This document shows, one piece after another, positions 59,563-64,000 of a stretch of 64,000 nt of DNA (the stretch's first letter is position 1; each line of letters begins with the position of its first letter). Source of the DNA: Planctomycetota bacterium (lineage in GTDB: Bacteria > Planctomycetota > UBA8108 > SXIK01). Below the pieces are notes generated by a model. The model ran no database searches and was not told where the DNA came from. It saw only the letters and a list, made by a program, of their open reading frames with translations. The position numbers and the translations under genes are program-made. The stretch is taken from positions 2,240,001 through 2,304,000 of the forward strand of contig OZ244999.1 in NCBI GenBank assembly GCA_965223265.1. Direction: 5' to 3'.

Positions 59563-60552
59563 TCACCGCGCTGCCGCCCGGGCGTACGCCTCTTCGATGA
59601 CGACGTTCACCTGGCGCCCGTCCTCGCCGTCGACACCTGGCCGTCTGCCAGCGAGGATCGCATCAACGAAATCGTCAATCTGCGGCGCGTTCAAGTTGCC
59701 CGGGGGTGGAAGGTGTTCGAGACGCAGTCCCGCTGCGCTTTCGATCGTGAGGTCGCCGTCGTTCAGACGCCCAACGCGCAGCGAGCCGTGTCGACCGACC
59801 ACGAGGAAATCGTCCAGGTCGGCACGCGTACCGAAGAAACAGTGGAGTGTGCCGTGCGCACCGCTGGCAAAGCGCACGTTGAGCGACGCGGTGTCTTCTG
59901 CTTCGATCGGAGCGGAGAGCGTTGCGGTCTGTGCGTCAACGCTGACGATGGGACCGAAGAGATGCTGAAAGAGATGGATGCGATGGCTGCCGATATCCAT
60001 CAGCGAACCGCCGCCGCCTTCGCCGACGATGCCGCGCCAGGCGCGGGCGTCGCCTGGATCCAAACCGAACGCGTTGGACGTGTTCGTGGTGACCGCCAGT
60101 GGTTGACCGATCTCACCGGCGACGAGGAGCTCCGACATGCGCGCGACGACGGGGTAGAACCGCCGGTAGTACGCCACGGCGAGCTTCACGCCGCTCCGAC
60201 GACACGCGTCGATGATTTCGTCACACTCCGCGACGTTCATCCCCATGGGCTTCTCGAGAAGAACGTGTTTGCCGCGCTCCGCCGCGCAGATCGCCTGGGT
60301 GCGATGGAGATAGGTCGGCGTCGCGACATAAACGGCGTCGACGGTGTCGAGACGGCAGAGATCGGAGGCGTCTTCGACGCCCTGCGGCACAGAGAACTCA
60401 CGACAGAACTCCGCCAGCGCTGCCGCGTCGCGCCGGCACGCAGCCACCACACGGCACCGCGGGTGCGATGCGATCGCTGCGGCGACGCGCTTTTTGACGA
60501 CGTCCCCGCAGCCGATGATTCCCCAGCGGATGAATTCCTGTCGTTGATTCAT
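59563..60552 (-). CDS. Gfo/Idh/MocA-family oxidoreductase
   Basis: WGIIGCG, VYVATP, GKHVLLEKP, YYRRF, GGGSLMDIGSH. Confidence 0.92.
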   Translation of the reverse strand: MNQRQEFIRWGIIGCGDVVKKRVAAAIASHPRCRVVAACRRDAAALAEFCREFSVPQGVEDASDLCRLDTVDAVYVATPTYLHRTQAICAAERGKHVLLEKPMGMNVAECDEIIDACRRSGVKLAVAYYRRFYPVVARMSELLVAGEIGQPLAVTTNTSNAFGLDPGDARAWRGIVGEGGGGSLMDIGSHRIHLFQHLFGPIVSVDAQTATLSAPIEAEDTASLNVRFASGAHGTLHCFFGTRADLDDFLVVGRHGSLRVGRLNDGDLTIESAAGLRLEHLPPPGNLNAPQIDDFVDAILAGRRPGVDGEDGRQVNVVIEEAYARAAAR

Positions 60553-60582
60553 ACGATGGCGACGTGCGGCCCGATGGGGCTG

Positions 60583-61551
60583 TTAGGCCAGCCAGGCTTT
60601 GTGCAGATCATCGAGCCCCGCGCTCTTCGGATCGCCCGCGTGCAGGACGACGCGGTAACGGAGCCGCAGCTCCTTGCCTCGCTGCAGGTGCCAAGGCTTT
60701 TCGAGATAGTTGAACGGCGACGGCGAGAGATGCCCGTACTCCCGAGTGAACCAGGGGCAAGGCGCCCATGGATTCTCCGGGTGATCGAAGATCGCGATGC
60801 CCTCGACAACGTCTGGGCGCTGCGCCCGGCGACCAAAGTAACCGCACCACGCGGCCGGTTTTCCGTAGGTCCCTTTGGCGCCGATTCCACCTTCCGAGTT
60901 GATCAGCGTGCCGCCATACATCGGTGCGATGTCGGGCGCACAGCGCATGGCGAAGAGCGAGTGCTTGGCCCTCTTGATCGTGATGTCTTGACGGGCGAAG
61001 AGTCGCAGGTCGACATCGACCACGTGGATGCGGTCATTCACGATGCGAAACGTCAACTCGCGTTCGTCCCGCAGCGGCGACGGCGCGGCGGGCCGGATCC
61101 ACTCGCAGTCGTTGCGGAGGGTTGCGTGCCGTGGAGAAGACCCGGTCACCTCGAGTCGCGTCGAGCGGATTTGCCCTTCCTCGAGCGGTCCGTCACTCCA
61201 GTAGTTGCCGCCATTGAGGGGGTCACAGCCGAGCCAGACGCCGCGGTGGTGTGGGTAGGGAAGCGACGACTCGCTCGTCAGCGGCAAGCCGCTCACCGGT
61301 CCACAAAGGGGATGGAGATATGGATACTTCTGGGCGGGGCTGGCGCGGTAAGCCGCCGTCGTGACGTTGTTCCAGCGCAGCAGCAGTTGGCCGCCGTTGA
61401 GGTAGGCGCTCAGGTTTTCCGACTCGGGCACTGGCGCGGTGTAATCCCGTGCCGCCGCGGAGTGCGGACGCACGTTGCTGAGAGTCCAAACAGCCGTCGT
61501 AGCGAGAGCGCCTTTGAGCAAGGATCGTCGCGCAATGGGTCGTTTCTCCAT
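60583..61551 (-). CDS. Tat-exported PmoA/DUF6807-family protein
   Basis: RRSLLKG twin-arginine signal, YPYLHPL, YPHHRGVW, FDHPENP...WFTR.YG. Start after GGAGG. Confidence 0.75.
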   Translation of the reverse strand: MEKRPIARRSLLKGALATTAVWTLSNVRPHSAAARDYTAPVPESENLSAYLNGGQLLLRWNNVTTAAYRASPAQKYPYLHPLCGPVSGLPLTSESSLPYPHHRGVWLGCDPLNGGNYWSDGPLEEGQIRSTRLEVTGSSPRHATLRNDCEWIRPAAPSPLRDERELTFRIVNDRIHVVDVDLRLFARQDITIKRAKHSLFAMRCAPDIAPMYGGTLINSEGGIGAKGTYGKPAAWCGYFGRRAQRPDVVEGIAIFDHPENPWAPCPWFTREYGHLSPSPFNYLEKPWHLQRGKELRLRYRVVLHAGDPKSAGLDDLHKAWLA

Positions 61552-62041
61552 CGTTTGGACCTCCGTCCGTTCTGTCGGTGTTCGCGTCCGAAAGAGAGCG
61601 TCGTCCTGTACCGCCGGGGCGACAGTTTCGTTCGCGGTGCGTTTCGTTTGATTGCTGGGCAACATTCTACACCAACCGCAGTGCACGTCGATCGGCTGCA
61701 CTCAACAAGGACGCTTGAGGGCGAGCGAGTGATGAAGACGCGAGCGCAGTCGGGTCTGGAGCACAAGTACCGGGCCCAAGCACTTGGATTTCGCTATCGT
61801 TTCGAAACAGGCTAGTTCGCCACCAGCAAACCCTTGACAGCGGGGGGCGATCTATAGAGGCTGGTCCTGTTCTGTCTTCGGGGAGACGCTTGCGAATCCC
61901 CGTAAGCGCTTTTGTGATCGTCAGTTCGCGCGATCGTGACGCAGGTGATCGAGGCTGGGGCGGCCGGGGAGCGGTAGATTTTCTGAGGGGCGCAAGGTCT
62001 TGGCGCTGGCGCGGGCGGACAGCGGCACGAAATAGGAGACA

Positions 62042-63142
62042 ATGAAACCACTACTTGTTTTCGGCGCCCGCCCGAACTTCATGAAGATCGCCCCTGTCTA
62101 TCGGGAGATGAAGGGGCGACAGCAGGTCGAGCCGCTTCTGATTCACACCGGTCAGCACTTCGACCGCGAGATGTCAGAGAGTTTTATCGAGGCGTTGTCA
62201 CTGCCGTCACCGGACTACCACTTGGCCGTCGCGGGTGGTTCGCAAGCGTTTCAGATCGCCGAGGTGATGAAGAAGCTCGAGCCGATCATTGAAACGGAGA
62301 CCCCTGATGTAACGGTCGTCGTCGGGGACGTCAACGCAACCATCGCCGCCGCGTTAGTGTCCTCGACGCATTCGGTACCTGTCGCCCACGTCGAGGCCGG
62401 GCTGCGCAGTCGTGACTGGGCCATGCCGGAGGAGCGCAACCGTCTCGTGACCGATCGACTGTCAGCCTATCTTCTGACACCGTCGCCGGACGCCGACGAG
62501 AATCTGCGCGCGGAAGGTTTCCACCCATCGAGGATTTTTCGCGTCGGCAACGTCATGATCGACTCACTCGACGCAATTCAGAAGACGCTGCCGCACGAGG
62601 ACGTGCTCAGGAGGTTTCAGGTAGAGCCCCACACTTACGCGCTCACGACGCTTCATCGACCGAGCAACGTCGACAACGTTGAGACACTCACCGGGATACT
62701 GGACGCTCTGAGCGACGTGAACGAGCAAGTGCCGATCCTGTTTCCCATTCATCCTCGCACACGCAAGTCGATCGAGAACTTTGGGCTCCAAGAACGCTGC
62801 CGGAATTTCCGGCAGTTGCCGCCGCTCAGCTATCCCGAGTTCGTTTCTCTCATGACGCATGCGACGATGGTATTAACGGATTCCGGGGGAATTCAGGAAG
62901 AGGCGATCGTCCTGGGGGTACCCTGCATCACTTTGCGTGAGAACACCGAACGGCCGATTACGGTCGAGCTCGGCGGCAATCGTTTGGTTGGCATCGACCC
63001 AGACAAGATCCGGCACGCGGCCAGCGAAGTCCTCGCGGGAGCACGGCCCAAGCCGATACGGCCTGAATTGTGGGATGGTCGAGCTGCGGGGCGCATCGTC
63101 GATGTGCTGCAGAACGAATCGCCGTCGGAGATCATGTCGTGA
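62042..63142 (+). CDS. wecB: Second non-hydrolysing UDP-GlcNAc 2-epimerase
   Basis: GARPNFMK, HTGQH, VGDVN, HVEAGLRS, MPEERNR, TLHRPSNVD, DSGGIQEE, TERP. Confidence 0.93.
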   Translation: MKPLLVFGARPNFMKIAPVYREMKGRQQVEPLLIHTGQHFDREMSESFIEALSLPSPDYHLAVAGGSQAFQIAEVMKKLEPIIETETPDVTVVVGDVNATIAAALVSSTHSVPVAHVEAGLRSRDWAMPEERNRLVTDRLSAYLLTPSPDADENLRAEGFHPSRIFRVGNVMIDSLDAIQKTLPHEDVLRRFQVEPHTYALTTLHRPSNVDNVETLTGILDALSDVNEQVPILFPIHPRTRKSIENFGLQERCRNFRQLPPLSYPEFVSLMTHATMVLTDSGGIQEEAIVLGVPCITLRENTERPITVELGGNRLVGIDPDKIRHAASEVLAGARPKPIRPELWDGRAAGRIVDVLQNESPSEIMS

Positions 63143-64000
63143 CCTTCACGTCCCGGACGCCGAGTCCGGAGTCGAATCCGCCGACTGTTGCATCTGTGCC
63201 GGTTCGGAACCTTTTCGATGTCCCTGTCCATGCCGCAACGATGGAGCAGGCACTTTCAATCTGTGAGGAGAGCGTCGCGAATCGCAAGAAGTTGATGATC
63301 GGTGTCGTCAACGCAGCGAAGATCGTCAACATGCGGAAGGATCCACTGCTGCGGCAGTCGGTTGTCGAGTCGGACGTTGTTTTTGCTGACGGCATGTCCA
63401 TCGTGGTGGCAAGTCGCCTTCTTGGTCAGTCACTTCCCGAGCGCGTCACTGGTATCGATCTGTTCGAGCGGCTCCTGAAGCTCGCCGACGAGCGTGGCTA
63501 CGGGGTCTATTTTCTCGGTGCCAAGCACGAAGTTCTTGACGAAGTCGTAGCCCGCGTGCGAGCGACGTACCCCGGCGTCCGCATTGCCGGTAGTCGCGAC
63601 GGATACTTTTCCGAAGACGAGTCAGACAACGTCGCCGCGGCCATCAGCGCGACGCGCCCTGACATGCTGTTCGTCGCCATGAGTCCACCGAAGAAGGAGA
63701 TTTTCCTCGGTCGTTACGGGACCGAGATGGACGTGTCGCTGTGCCATGGCGTCGGCGGTTCGTTTGATGTGTTCGCCGGCAAAACCAAGCGTGCCCCGGC
63801 CTTCTTCCAAAAGCTCTGTCTCGAATGGCTGTACCGCATCATCCAAGAGCCGAAGCGTATGTGGCGACGCTACCTTGTGACGAATTCCGTGTTCATGGGG
63901 CTCTTCGTGCGTGCGTTTTGCCACCGGTGGTTCTGGCCACGGCGCCGAGGCGAAGTGGTTGGGCCGACAGACGACTTTGGTGAGTCGGATGCCAAGTCAT
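63139..64000 (+). CDS. WecG/TagA/CpsF-family glycosyltransferase (runs off the window edge; absent from the ORF track)
   Basis: GTG overlaps the wecB TGA. Translation gives VVNAAK...ADGMSIV...PERVTGIDL...FLGA...GYF...GVGGSFDV.AG..KRAP...EWLYR..QEP.RMWRRY. Confidence 0.9.
   Translation, partial: MTFTSRTPSPESNPPTVASVPVRNLFDVPVHAATMEQALSICEESVANRKKLMIGVVNAAKIVNMRKDPLLRQSVVESDVVFADGMSIVVASRLLGQSLPERVTGIDLFERLLKLADERGYGVYFLGAKHEVLDEVVARVRATYPGVRIAGSRDGYFSEDESDNVAAAISATRPDMLFVAMSPPKKEIFLGRYGTEMDVSLCHGVGGSFDVFAGKTKRAPAFFQKLCLEWLYRIIQEPKRMWRRYLVTNSVFMGLFVRAFCHRWFWPRRRGEVVGPTDDFGESDAKS

Noticed and set aside
59713-61815. 700-aa + strand ORF
   Set aside because: Antisense shadow of the Gfo/Idh/MocA and PmoA-family genes. 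It has no motifs, and such shadows are expected in high-GC DNA.
61960-61980. ops/JUMPStart-like GAGCGGTAG upstream of wecB-wecG
   Set aside because: Only a partial match to GGCGGTAG and no JUMPStart stem.

Overview
GC-rich bacterial chromosomal window, probably Planctomycetota (inferred from the giant multi-repeat secretin, a C-terminal dockerin-like FRRGD domain and a PmoA-family Tat protein). Housekeeping genes include rlmN, dprA, aspS, infC-rpmI-rplT-pheS-pheT, tRNA-Ala(GGC), a cysteine desulfurase, two wecB paralogues, a wecG-like gene and a solute:sodium symporter pair. The most notable signals are mobile DNA/RNA and odd proteins. (1) Two ~99% identical group II introns have lost their RT ORF, and both sit between nt 2 and 3 of an NTG codon at a gene start, so the intron's terminal AT rebuilds an ATG; one carries an IS4 in domain IV. 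(2) A tyrosine-recombinase plus IS91-like Y2/HUH element has split the terminal repeat of a MITE; its reconstructed ends show 8-bp inverted arms and a 7-bp non-target 'coupling' sequence. (3) Two MITE families stack at CTAG sites. (4) A full-length LeuRS paralogue lacks HIGH, KMSKS and the editing Asp. (5) A candidate sRNA carries CCUCCUCC loops. (6) A secreted FG-GAP/phospho-His/ATP-grasp/dockerin fusion and an FkbH-ACP-AAC(3) trio are present. All calls come from reading the sequence by eye; no database searches were run.
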